Positions 9,801 to 17,218 of a stretch of DNA of 28,654 bases are shown piece by piece; positions within the stretch are counted from its first letter, which is position 1; each line of letters opens with the position of its first letter. The translations under genes were made by a program, and so were the position numbers. The stretch lies in the IMG/VR virus record IMGVR_UViG_3300025070_000167, positions 1 through 28,654 of that record; one strand, 5' to 3'. The notes beneath the pieces are model-generated. The model was not told where the DNA came from, searched no databases, and worked only from the letters and a program-made list of their open reading frames with translations. Source of the DNA: a virus. Taxonomy: Duplodnaviria; Caudoviricetes.

Positions 9801-12800
9801 TTTAAACAGGCTGATTAACTCTTTAAACGTGGAAATTAGAAATGGCCAAACGAGTCATGCTGACGCAGGTAAACAAATTGACGACTTTTCTAAAAAAGTA
9901 TCTAATAGTAAAAAATCACAAGAAAAAATTCAATCAGCTGCAAAAGCTGAACTAGCCGTAAACGAAGAAAAAACTAAGTCTCATAAAAATTATCTTGGTG
10001 TTATGTTTGGTCTCCAAGCTGGTATGACAGCATTGAATGCAGCTACTGAAGGATCTACAGGTGCTATAGGAAAATATACTTCTATAGTTTCCGATGGTAT
10101 AGCGGGTGTTTCTGGTTTTGCTTTTGCTGGTCAAGCAGCCCAAGAGTTAGGTGATAGTATGTCGGGCGCAGGTGGTCTTAAAGGAGCTATAGGTGGATTG
10201 GTTGGGAAACTAGGAGTAGCTGGATCTGTGATAGGGGGAGCTATGGAAGTCTTTGATTTGGGCAAAGAGTTATATAATGAATATAGTGGGGCAAATAAAC
10301 GCGCCTCTGATGCGTTAACTGCACTCAAAGACCGAGCGGATGATTTATCTTTCGCTTTTAGTCAATTAAGTGAAGTAGAAAAGGCGAAAGCAACGGGCGA
10401 CGCTGAAGACGTATTATCGAGAAGGGGGCCATCAGAAGAAATCAAAACTACTGGAGGTATATTCAATTCAAGACCGATGACTGTAGAAGAAGCTAAGTCG
10501 ATAAACAAGTCGACGGAATCAATGGCTTTGATAGGGAGAAAAACTTTTGATATAAATGAAGAAACTGGAGAAGTGAGGCTTTTAAAGGAAAGAACATTTG
10601 AAAATGACGACCTTAAAAAAGGATTTGCAACAACCATTGCTCAATTGAGGGCTACGGAAATGCCTCTTGAAGAAATAGATGATATTTTAGATGGTTTTAA
10701 AAGTTTCTTAGACGGTAAAGAGCTTGGTCAACTTGCTGATATTGTAGTAAAAAGAAATAAAGAGTTAAGAGTAGTTCAGAAGGAATTTTCAAAGTTTGTT
10801 TCGGGGCTTTCCGATGAGGAATTTGATCAGATGGTAGGTTCAAAAAGTTTTATTCGTGAGTCGCTTGGAGGATCAAAAGACAAGACCCCTGAGTTAAAAA
10901 ACTTTTTAGCAAAAATAAACCCATCTACCGTTCAAAAGCTTTTGGAACAAGAAACCAAGGGGAGAGATCAAAAAACGGCAGATCAAGGAAAAGCTGTTGA
11001 TCAGTTAACTTTAACTGCATCTAAAGCTAGGATTGCGACAGCTTTAGAGTTAAAGAAGCTAGACATAGATTCGAATAAACAAGCTCAAAAAAGGCTAGAG
11101 AAAGCTCAGCAGTTAGGGATTGTTGATAAAGTAGCTTTACAAGATTTAAAAGCCAAAGCTGAGCTGGAAAAAATGAGCAACGATTTCGCCAAGGAAAGGG
11201 TTGATTTTTTGGCAAAAGAGGGAGAAAAATTAACCAACTTGGGTGTAAAACGCGAAGACGTAGATAACTTTAAAGAAGCGCTAAAGGGGTTATCAACTAA
11301 AGATATTACTGAAGAGGGCGCTGAAGGATATAGGAAGATCTTACGAGAGATTCTTAAGATCGGTGACGCAAATGATGATCAAGTTAATCAAGCTATTAAG
11401 GCGCTAGAAGCCCAGATGAAAGGACAAGATGCTTTAAACGAAAAAAAGAAAAAAGGTTTAGAAAACGATCTAGAATCTGAAAAAACTATAGCTAGAATAT
11501 TAGAAGTTGTACGAAAAGTAAAAAGTGAAGCGGAATTATCAAAACTGCGAATTGATACTAAGGGCGCACAAGAACAATTTACCTTCGATCAAGATAAAAG
11601 AGCTTTACAAAGGTCTACACCCGGGACTAGCAATCCTTTCCAAAGAAGTGTAGGTAGACAAATAGCCCAAATCGACTTAGACGCAGCTAAAGCGCTAGCG
11701 GCCACAAATACTGAAAAATTTCAACAAGATTTTTTGGTAAAAAGTGCGGAATTAGGTAAGCTTTCTGTAGCGGCTAAATCAGGTGATCCTGAAGCTGTAA
11801 AAGCTAGAGATATATTAGCCAATGAAATGGCGCTGATGCCTCAACAATTAAAAACAGCTAATGCACAACTTATGGCTAATGCCCAAGCCAATAAAGACGC
11901 AGCTGATGCTGTTGGAACCATAACTGATGCCGCTACTGTTTTTATAAATATTGTTGATGGCTTAGAACAGCAAAGACAAAACGCTATGGGTCAAGCGAAT
12001 TTTGATGCTGCTCAGTTAGGAGTTATGGGCCTAACAAAAAGAGCAAATAGAAAACTAGCTGAAAGGGCAGCTATTGACAATAATCCAGACTTAACTCCAG
12101 CAAACGCTCTTGAAAAAGCTAGACTAGAAAGAGACTTTCAGGGGAGAATGAAACTGCGAACTAAGGATGATGCAGTTATTAATTCTGATTTCTTAGATAG
12201 CATGGTTGATGCCTCCGTCCAGTTTAGAGATAACTTTGCGGCTGCTTTTGCAGAAGGTATTAAAAGTGTAGATGATCTTGAAGACGCATTACTAAATGTA
12301 GCTAATCAGTTTTTACAAAGCATGACTAAGAACTTAACTCAAAAGTTCATGGATCAAACTGCGAGTGAAGGTGGTGGAAAGGGTCTTTTTGGCCTTGGGA
12401 TTGGTATTTTTGCTAATGGTGGTCCAGTTCGTGGTGGCTCTGGTAGCCGTGATGACGTTCCAGCCATGCTAATGGGTGGGGAATTCGTCATGAATAAAAA
12501 AGCTGTTCAGCGTTATGGATCAGGATTCATGGAAGCTATAAACTCTGGCTCTATTCGTGGTTTTGCTCGCGGAGGACAAGTTAGAGATGAAGAGGGCATG
12601 TTTACAACCCCGGGTATGAATGGCGCTGGAGCTATTGTTGGAATGCAAAACCTTATGTCTTTTGCCACTCAAACCCCAACAGCTCTAGGTAGAGATAAGT
12701 TAAGATCTGAAGGAGCCTTTTTAGATGCTGAGAGTGGTAGATTTACCATGTTTGGCCGAAGGAATAATCCTCAATTCCAAAAGGTGCAAGATGCCAAGAG

Positions 12801-13626
12801 ACAAGCTCTTGGTTTAGCAGGGCAAGAAGTGGATGCTCGTAAACAAGCTAAGGAGCAACAAGTTAGCTTGGGTGATATGTTAATGTCAGCCGCTATTAGT
12901 ACTATTGTTAGTTTTGGAGCTTCAAAAGCATTAGGGAAATTAAAAGGTGCTGACGATAAACCTTTGATTGGTAAAGGAATGAGAGGGCTTTTATCTTCTG
13001 GAGCAGGTAACTTAGCTGGGGTTCTTACTACTGGCGCTCCTGCTTCTGGCGGGGCGTTTGGAGCTGCGGCAGCAAGTGGGGACTTAAGGAAGATATTTTC
13101 AGGAGGAAAATCTAAAACTTCTGGAAATGCAGGTGGCAACAATGGAGTCGGCAACAATGGAGGCTACATTAAACGAGGCGTACTGCCTCAACATGGGTTG
13201 ATGAATCTAGGTTTTACCGACAAAGAATTGAACGTGGGAGTCCTAAACAGAGCTACAGGAGGATTAATCCCTGCTGCTGGAGGAGTTGATACGGTTCCCG
13301 CAATGCTTTCAGGTGGAGAGTTCGTCATGAACGCTGCCGCCACAAGGAACATTGGAGCAGGTAATTTACAAGCGTTGAACTCTGGAGTTGGAGCTGGTGA
13401 TAACACCGATCTCGTCTCCAAACTTGATGAGTTAATTACTGCAACTGAGACATCTCAATCTACAGGTGATATCAACATAACAATCAATGGCTCTAATGGC
13501 ACTGAAAGTCAAACAGGAGGCGAAGATGCTCCAGAAAGAGAAAGAAAATTATCTGAGAGAATTAAGGTCGCCGTTAAGCAGGTGATCGCAGATGAACAAA
13601 GATTAGGAGGACAACTTAGAAAGTAA
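6832..13626 (+). CDS. Tail tape measure protein (2264 aa)
   Basis: The N-terminus is a TP901-type TMP core (LELSRQGL, AASAAVSDRDLIEGLKRSG, TARGGSVIGNSLKTIFTR). Long helical A/K/E/L-rich stretches and Gly/hydrophobic segments follow, with C-terminal AxGG...D.VPAML.GGEFVMN modules typical of TMPs. Confidence 0.92.
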   Translation: MPIKLPTVQTGFEQSIDKAAKKAGKNLKINMGPGAKSIEGLTRPLGRLTGKADEFTKSMEAANARVLAFGASVGVIAAVSNALKELVTTTIQVEKSLANINSILKQSDSQLDGFKKQIFDIARNTGQTFDVVAEAALELSRQGLKAEEVTKRLNDALVLSRLSGLSASDAVAGLTAAVNSFSSAGLTTTDVLNKISAAAASAAVSDRDLIEGLKRSGAVAVASGVQFDELIGIISALQEKTARGGSVIGNSLKTIFTRIQDIEKLQTLQDLGVQVTDLEGKVLSSSKVIENLAPVFAKMSQASKVNLADNLVGKFQIAPFLALLEDFNQKISRSGEVATTSFNATNEAYERNTVLNNTLATAINTATVNLKELANALGEIGVTENLSKIIGVFNDVVSKISGVLDGDGMGSDFAKGLIKGISAVIAGPGLALALVAIGKLLLDFAKFGAGALKTFFGLNRAAEAQKNLQGQIAASLLNDKGIRDAILSIEKQNISAGEKKKLQTQFFTKALNEQLMVMQKMQGIASTIAPGVMAGTASKRGGRAAGGFLPIGAERSDISKGVGGAPASAKPVIIPNFAFGGGKRGTMVANDSEYIVPNYANGGDAIFNQNMASSMGLPSNARKVRAAGGYIPNFATSKGGTKMVNSRSTYVMLHGEHGKTDPQKIAYYHPESNKYNVTDAEGAIPIKVPIYGLSDNHKGSNVNDYIKNLEDHAAKEAIKSAFELGGGQMPNPAPREAAIKKQVNSGAVAGFAGSIYELALAALLTDEEFTKHADQTATSNFDLNLQGQTGLLDLYNISTKPKFGEVKGRMNSDNVASAAAKIGRVNGLGGKPKQAAQQGRLLGKRLPVATAREFGITPSNKSFHTISASDLDKINANTPNGQKASFSGGKNPMFQGFVRGASGYIPNFADPLQDAIGRERSAGLPVSQIRINQSGKLRNAQNPMGLAVTNTRDEPTGAIPNFAGGETGEVSLSLKDVGSSAKGLKSELDNLNRLINSLNVEIRNGQTSHADAGKQIDDFSKKVSNSKKSQEKIQSAAKAELAVNEEKTKSHKNYLGVMFGLQAGMTALNAATEGSTGAIGKYTSIVSDGIAGVSGFAFAGQAAQELGDSMSGAGGLKGAIGGLVGKLGVAGSVIGGAMEVFDLGKELYNEYSGANKRASDALTALKDRADDLSFAFSQLSEVEKAKATGDAEDVLSRRGPSEEIKTTGGIFNSRPMTVEEAKSINKSTESMALIGRKTFDINEETGEVRLLKERTFENDDLKKGFATTIAQLRATEMPLEEIDDILDGFKSFLDGKELGQLADIVVKRNKELRVVQKEFSKFVSGLSDEEFDQMVGSKSFIRESLGGSKDKTPELKNFLAKINPSTVQKLLEQETKGRDQKTADQGKAVDQLTLTASKARIATALELKKLDIDSNKQAQKRLEKAQQLGIVDKVALQDLKAKAELEKMSNDFAKERVDFLAKEGEKLTNLGVKREDVDNFKEALKGLSTKDITEEGAEGYRKILREILKIGDANDDQVNQAIKALEAQMKGQDALNEKKKKGLENDLESEKTIARILEVVRKVKSEAELSKLRIDTKGAQEQFTFDQDKRALQRSTPGTSNPFQRSVGRQIAQIDLDAAKALAATNTEKFQQDFLVKSAELGKLSVAAKSGDPEAVKARDILANEMALMPQQLKTANAQLMANAQANKDAADAVGTITDAATVFINIVDGLEQQRQNAMGQANFDAAQLGVMGLTKRANRKLAERAAIDNNPDLTPANALEKARLERDFQGRMKLRTKDDAVINSDFLDSMVDASVQFRDNFAAAFAEGIKSVDDLEDALLNVANQFLQSMTKNLTQKFMDQTASEGGGKGLFGLGIGIFANGGPVRGGSGSRDDVPAMLMGGEFVMNKKAVQRYGSGFMEAINSGSIRGFARGGQVRDEEGMFTTPGMNGAGAIVGMQNLMSFATQTPTALGRDKLRSEGAFLDAESGRFTMFGRRNNPQFQKVQDAKRQALGLAGQEVDARKQAKEQQVSLGDMLMSAAISTIVSFGASKALGKLKGADDKPLIGKGMRGLLSSGAGNLAGVLTTGAPASGGAFGAAAASGDLRKIFSGGKSKTSGNAGGNNGVGNNGGYIKRGVLPQHGLMNLGFTDKELNVGVLNRATGGLIPAAGGVDTVPAMLSGGEFVMNAAATRNIGAGNLQALNSGVGAGDNTDLVSKLDELITATETSQSTGDINITINGSNGTESQTGGEDAPERERKLSERIKVAVKQVIADEQRLGGQLRK

Positions 13627-14417
13627 TGTTTGGATCAAGATTAAATGACGAAGTAAATGTCACAATAGGCCCAGCTGCGCTTTCTGGTATCAGCTCTGTA
13701 GACTTTTCGTATTCTAATAGTGCAAATATTGTTAAACCTCTCGGCTCTAAGAAAGGATTAACTACTGTTGGCGGGGCTACACAACAAAAAGTTTCTATTT
13801 CTTCTCATATGATATATAATGATCCAATCTTGTCTTTTACTGGATCTAACAGTATAAGTGGCAATATTAGATATGGAGACGTTGCATACAGATTTTCTGA
13901 AGGATACTTAGATTCTTATTCTGTCAATTGCGCTGTAGGCACAGTGCCAAAAGTTAATGCTTCTATCTCTGTTTTTAGTGAGTTTGTATCAGGCAGCGAA
14001 GTTTCGAGTGATATAGGAGCATCTAGTAGTATTTCTGTAACATCTCAAGGGTCCATAAGTGCAACTTGCGATAATTCAACCACAAACAGGGTTATTGGTT
14101 TTGATTACTCTATTAAATCTAATAGAAAACCTCACTTCTCAATAGGCAGTGAAACTCCTGCTTCTGTCGAGCTTATCCTTCCTTTGGAATTTACAGCTCA
14201 GGTTCAAATTGAAGTTGATGAAGCTTTTCCAGAAAGCTCTTTTAGCTTTTTAGAAAATAGAGAAAACAAAACTGTTGTTTTTGATATTAACAGGAAAGAT
14301 GGTTCGAATCTTCAAGAGTTGACGATTCCTAATGCCACATTGGTAAGTGAATCTATATCAGCTTCTGATAATGGTTCTGCTATTTTAAATTTAAATTATA
14401 TTGGTCATGGCTTCTGA
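13626..14417 (+). CDS. Tail-tube-like paralog C (tube initiator/tip component, 263 aa)
   Basis: EGYLDSYSVNCAVGTVPKVNAS aligns with NAYLSDYTVDLAVGSLPTVSVS of paralog B. It is coupled to the TMP stop (TAATG). Confidence 0.55.
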   Translation: MFGSRLNDEVNVTIGPAALSGISSVDFSYSNSANIVKPLGSKKGLTTVGGATQQKVSISSHMIYNDPILSFTGSNSISGNIRYGDVAYRFSEGYLDSYSVNCAVGTVPKVNASISVFSEFVSGSEVSSDIGASSSISVTSQGSISATCDNSTTNRVIGFDYSIKSNRKPHFSIGSETPASVELILPLEFTAQVQIEVDEAFPESSFSFLENRENKTVVFDINRKDGSNLQELTIPNATLVSESISASDNGSAILNLNYIGHGF

Positions 14418-15360
14418 TTTATTTTACAACAGAGATTCAAATATTTCCGGGGTTACAATTGAGACTGATTATTCAGATCTTAACCTGACTCCTGTCTACG
14501 GTTCTAAAGCTTCTTTTAAGTCTAAGAATTTTATGTATGAGGTTGATGATTTTCAAATCAACTCTATACCCTCCTCAATGAATAGTCTAGAGGTTCAGTA
14601 TGATGTGCGGTATGACTTGAATGAAGCCAACACTCAAAAACTAGCTGCATTTATCGAGAGTAAAAATGGCAATCAATTATTTGAGTTTAGTATAGACGGT
14701 GGCGGCATTTATAAATCTATGTCTGGAGTGTCTGACAACTATGCGATTAATCATGTCAACAACCAGCATTATGAAGTCGCTGTTTCTTATTCTGTAGATC
14801 AAGCTCCAAATTTATTTAATTGGTCTGGGATGAATTTTGTAAATTTAGATTTTCAAGATTACGCTTACTCAACCTCTTATGAAAAATTTGATGTTGTTTA
14901 TACTGGCATAAGCTCTAATAAGTTAAACAACTATTATTACTGTACGGAAACTCACTCGTCTACTGCTGCGAATTCCCCAACGGGGGCTAGCTCAGCATGG
15001 TCTCAGAACTTCTTCTTTAAGCCTGATATTGGTTTGCAGAATGATGTTCAATTAAAAAATGAAGTCTTGCAGTTTAAAAACTCTTTTAAGCAGAGAGTTA
15101 AAACAAAAGATAATAATGCTTCATTCCAACTTAAGTATGACTTTACAGATATCAGCGACAAACAACTTAAGTGTATGTTGCACTTCTTAGAGAATAAGGC
15201 TGGATACAGAAGGTTTAGACACGATATAGAATCGGTATATAATAGACCAAAAGCTATGTATTGCCCAGAGTGGAGTCATACATGGAAGTATTTCAACGCG
15301 CACGATTTATCCGTGACGTTAGTAGAAGATGTTTTAGGTGTAATCCCAACAGGAAGTTAA
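14407..15360 (+). CDS. Distal tail protein with two lambda-gpM-like domains and a central CBM-like insert
   Basis: ATG 14407 is preferred over TTG 14401. The halves share KLAAFIESKNGNQLFEF / CMLHFLENKAGYRRFRH. The C-half (FKPD...LQFKNSFKQRV...YCPEWSHT) resembles lambda gpM. Confidence 0.6.
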   Translation: MASDLFYNRDSNISGVTIETDYSDLNLTPVYGSKASFKSKNFMYEVDDFQINSIPSSMNSLEVQYDVRYDLNEANTQKLAAFIESKNGNQLFEFSIDGGGIYKSMSGVSDNYAINHVNNQHYEVAVSYSVDQAPNLFNWSGMNFVNLDFQDYAYSTSYEKFDVVYTGISSNKLNNYYYCTETHSSTAANSPTGASSAWSQNFFFKPDIGLQNDVQLKNEVLQFKNSFKQRVKTKDNNASFQLKYDFTDISDKQLKCMLHFLENKAGYRRFRHDIESVYNRPKAMYCPEWSHTWKYFNAHDLSVTLVEDVLGVIPTGS

Positions 15361-15361
15361 T

Positions 15362-16447
15362 ATGGCTAGAGATATTTTAAAGAGTAATAATTCAATTGTG
15401 ATTGCTGGTCAAAAACCAGCATTTACTACTGCTGATAGAATTGGGAGCGATATGAGTGGCGCTTACATGAGCGCTGTTCAAAGCGTGGGTGTCGGTTTTT
15501 CTCAGCAAAGGCAAAAGTCTAAGCAGGTTGGATCTAAGGGTTTAGCTATTAACGATATAACTAGGATGCCAGATGTTGATTTATCTATAAGCTATTACTA
15601 CACTCCAGCGATGTTAAACGAAAACATGTTGGGTTTAATAAACGATCAAACGGGAAGTAGTAAGTCTGATTTTTTTAGTGCGTACGACAATCAGGATCAG
15701 AATTTTTATATAGTTAATCATCAAAACCAAGGTTCGGATATGATCGTAAATGATTCTGTAGACCTTAGCGGTTTAACTACTGATGTGGAAGTAGTTTCTA
15801 TTGGTAATGCTTTTTTAACAAATTACTCTTTAGGTTTTTCTGTGGGGTCTCTACCCATCGTATCCACCTCTTACAAATGTTCTAACATTAGGATGGAAAA
15901 GGGTACTTTTGACGAGTGTGATAATCCAGCCATTAATCTACAATCTGGTAATAATCAAGGTGTTGGTTTGGTTCAACTAGAGAATGCAAAGGTAAGCGGG
16001 TTTGGAGATTATACAGGAGTGAATAGATTTAATCCACCTCTCTGCTCCCCTACAGAAGTGAATTCAACTCTTCAAAATCTACAGATAGGTGGAGCGCCTA
16101 TTAGTGGAGACGCTCATTTACAGTCGTTCTCGTTCAATATCCCAATCAATAGAGTTGATCTATTTGGTCTTGGTAGTGATTACCCTTACGGAAGAAAGGT
16201 CCAGTATCCACTTACCTCTTCTGTAAGTGTTGAGTTTTTAGTTTCAGGTTTAGCGACTGGAGAGATAGCTAATCTAATTACAGCTGAGTCTGGTTATGAT
16301 TTCAATATAGAGGTTGTAGATACTGGGGAAGATTTCACTCACACCTTTTCGTTTTCCGATTTAAAGCTTGAAAGCTCCGCTTACCAGATGAACGTGAATG
16401 ATCAAATGACATACTCCTTGTCATTCAGTCACGAAATAACTAATTAA
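15362..16447 (+). CDS. Tail-tube-like paralog D (361 aa)
   Basis: SIGNAFLTNYSLGFSVGSLPIVSTSYKCSNI and HLQSFSFNIPINR...LG...YGRKVQYP align with paralogs A/B. Confidence 0.65.
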   Translation: MARDILKSNNSIVIAGQKPAFTTADRIGSDMSGAYMSAVQSVGVGFSQQRQKSKQVGSKGLAINDITRMPDVDLSISYYYTPAMLNENMLGLINDQTGSSKSDFFSAYDNQDQNFYIVNHQNQGSDMIVNDSVDLSGLTTDVEVVSIGNAFLTNYSLGFSVGSLPIVSTSYKCSNIRMEKGTFDECDNPAINLQSGNNQGVGLVQLENAKVSGFGDYTGVNRFNPPLCSPTEVNSTLQNLQIGGAPISGDAHLQSFSFNIPINRVDLFGLGSDYPYGRKVQYPLTSSVSVEFLVSGLATGEIANLITAESGYDFNIEVVDTGEDFTHTFSFSDLKLESSAYQMNVNDQMTYSLSFSHEITN

Positions 16448-16830
16448 TCATACTCAATCTTAACATTCTTACTTTCGTAAGTCTGTTTCTTCTCCGCTGT
16501 ATGACGTTGGCCATTTCTCTTGGCGGCATAATCATCGAAGTATTTTTGTTTAACTGGATCTTTCCCTCCAGATTTTTCTGCCCGTCTTTGACTCATCTCC
16601 GCTGAGTAATCAAGCATGTCACCTACAGTACCCTTCTTTCCTCCTGTACTGTCCGTAAACTGTCTTTGGCTAAACGGATCAATGTTGGAGTCGATAGAGG
16701 CGTTGGGGGCAAAATAGACCCGTTTCCACTCAGTCCCAAAACTATCTACATAAATATGCTCTTCATTCATAGATTGAAAAACGTCTTTATGCTCATTTGT
16801 ATCAGGATGCTTGTAGGTATATAAGGGCAT
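16444..16830 (-). CDS. FmdB-ribbon-like small protein lacking the Cys ligands (128 aa)
   Basis: MPLYTYK...VFQSMNE...WKRVYFAP follows the FmdB N-terminal pattern, but the protein contains no Cys. Confidence 0.55.
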   Translation of the reverse strand: MPLYTYKHPDTNEHKDVFQSMNEEHIYVDSFGTEWKRVYFAPNASIDSNIDPFSQRQFTDSTGGKKGTVGDMLDYSAEMSQRRAEKSGGKDPVKQKYFDDYAAKRNGQRHTAEKKQTYESKNVKIEYD

Positions 16831-16844
16831 ATTTTATTATAAAT

Positions 16845-16877
16845 AAAAACGGGGGCGTTTCCACCCCCGTTATTTTT
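16845..16877 (-). terminator. Rho-independent terminator after hsp20
   Basis: The minus strand reads AACGGGGGTG-GAAA-CGCCCCCGTT-TTTATTT, a GC stem with one G-U pair, a GAAA loop and a U tract, right after the hsp20 stop. Confidence 0.85.
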
Positions 16878-17190
16878 AATTGACTTTAATCTTAGTGGGT
16901 TTTGATCTTCCCTTTTTAGGTAGGTCTACAGTCAGTAAACCATGATCCATTTTACAGGTAATAGCTTCTGTGTCTACCTTCTTAAAAAGCTGGACAGAAA
17001 GATGCTTCTTTCGATCTTCAGGTGTCGTCTTAATCGTGAGCTTCTCATCAGTAGCCTCGATCTCGATATCCTTTTTAGAATATCCAGCAAGCTCAACTTT
17101 TAACTCGAAAGAATCCCCTTTGTCTTCAACATAGTTTTGGCTTTTAAAACCGTGGTCATTAAATAAGTCGTATAATAATGTATTAATCAT
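16876..17190 (-). CDS. hsp20: Small heat shock protein (Hsp20/alpha-crystallin)
   Basis: VELAGYSKKDIEIE and ITCKMDHGLLTVDLPK are alpha-crystallin domain motifs. Confidence 0.9.
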   Translation of the reverse strand: MINTLLYDLFNDHGFKSQNYVEDKGDSFELKVELAGYSKKDIEIEATDEKLTIKTTPEDRKKHLSVQLFKKVDTEAITCKMDHGLLTVDLPKKGRSKPTKIKVN

Positions 17191-17201
17191 ACAAACCCTT
17201 T

Positions 17202-17218
17202 AACAAGATCTATGCCAG
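17202..17218 (-). promoter_or_regulatory. Sigma54-like -24/-12 site upstream of hsp20
   Basis: The minus strand reads CTGGCAT-AGATC-TTGTT versus consensus TGGCAC-N5-TTGCW. Spacing is correct, but the -12 GC is GT. Confidence 0.45.

Noticed and set aside
6816-13421. Short ORFs nested in or antisense to the TMP (e.g. 12771..13157, 10362..10637, 8519..8704, 9455..9676)
   Set aside because: These are shadow frames of a long coding gene with no recognisable motifs or initiation signals.
521-16447. Contractile injection system, tailocin or gene transfer agent
   Set aside because: No sheath or baseplate wedge gene was recognised, and the linked replication, RNR and sigma genes indicate an autonomous phage.
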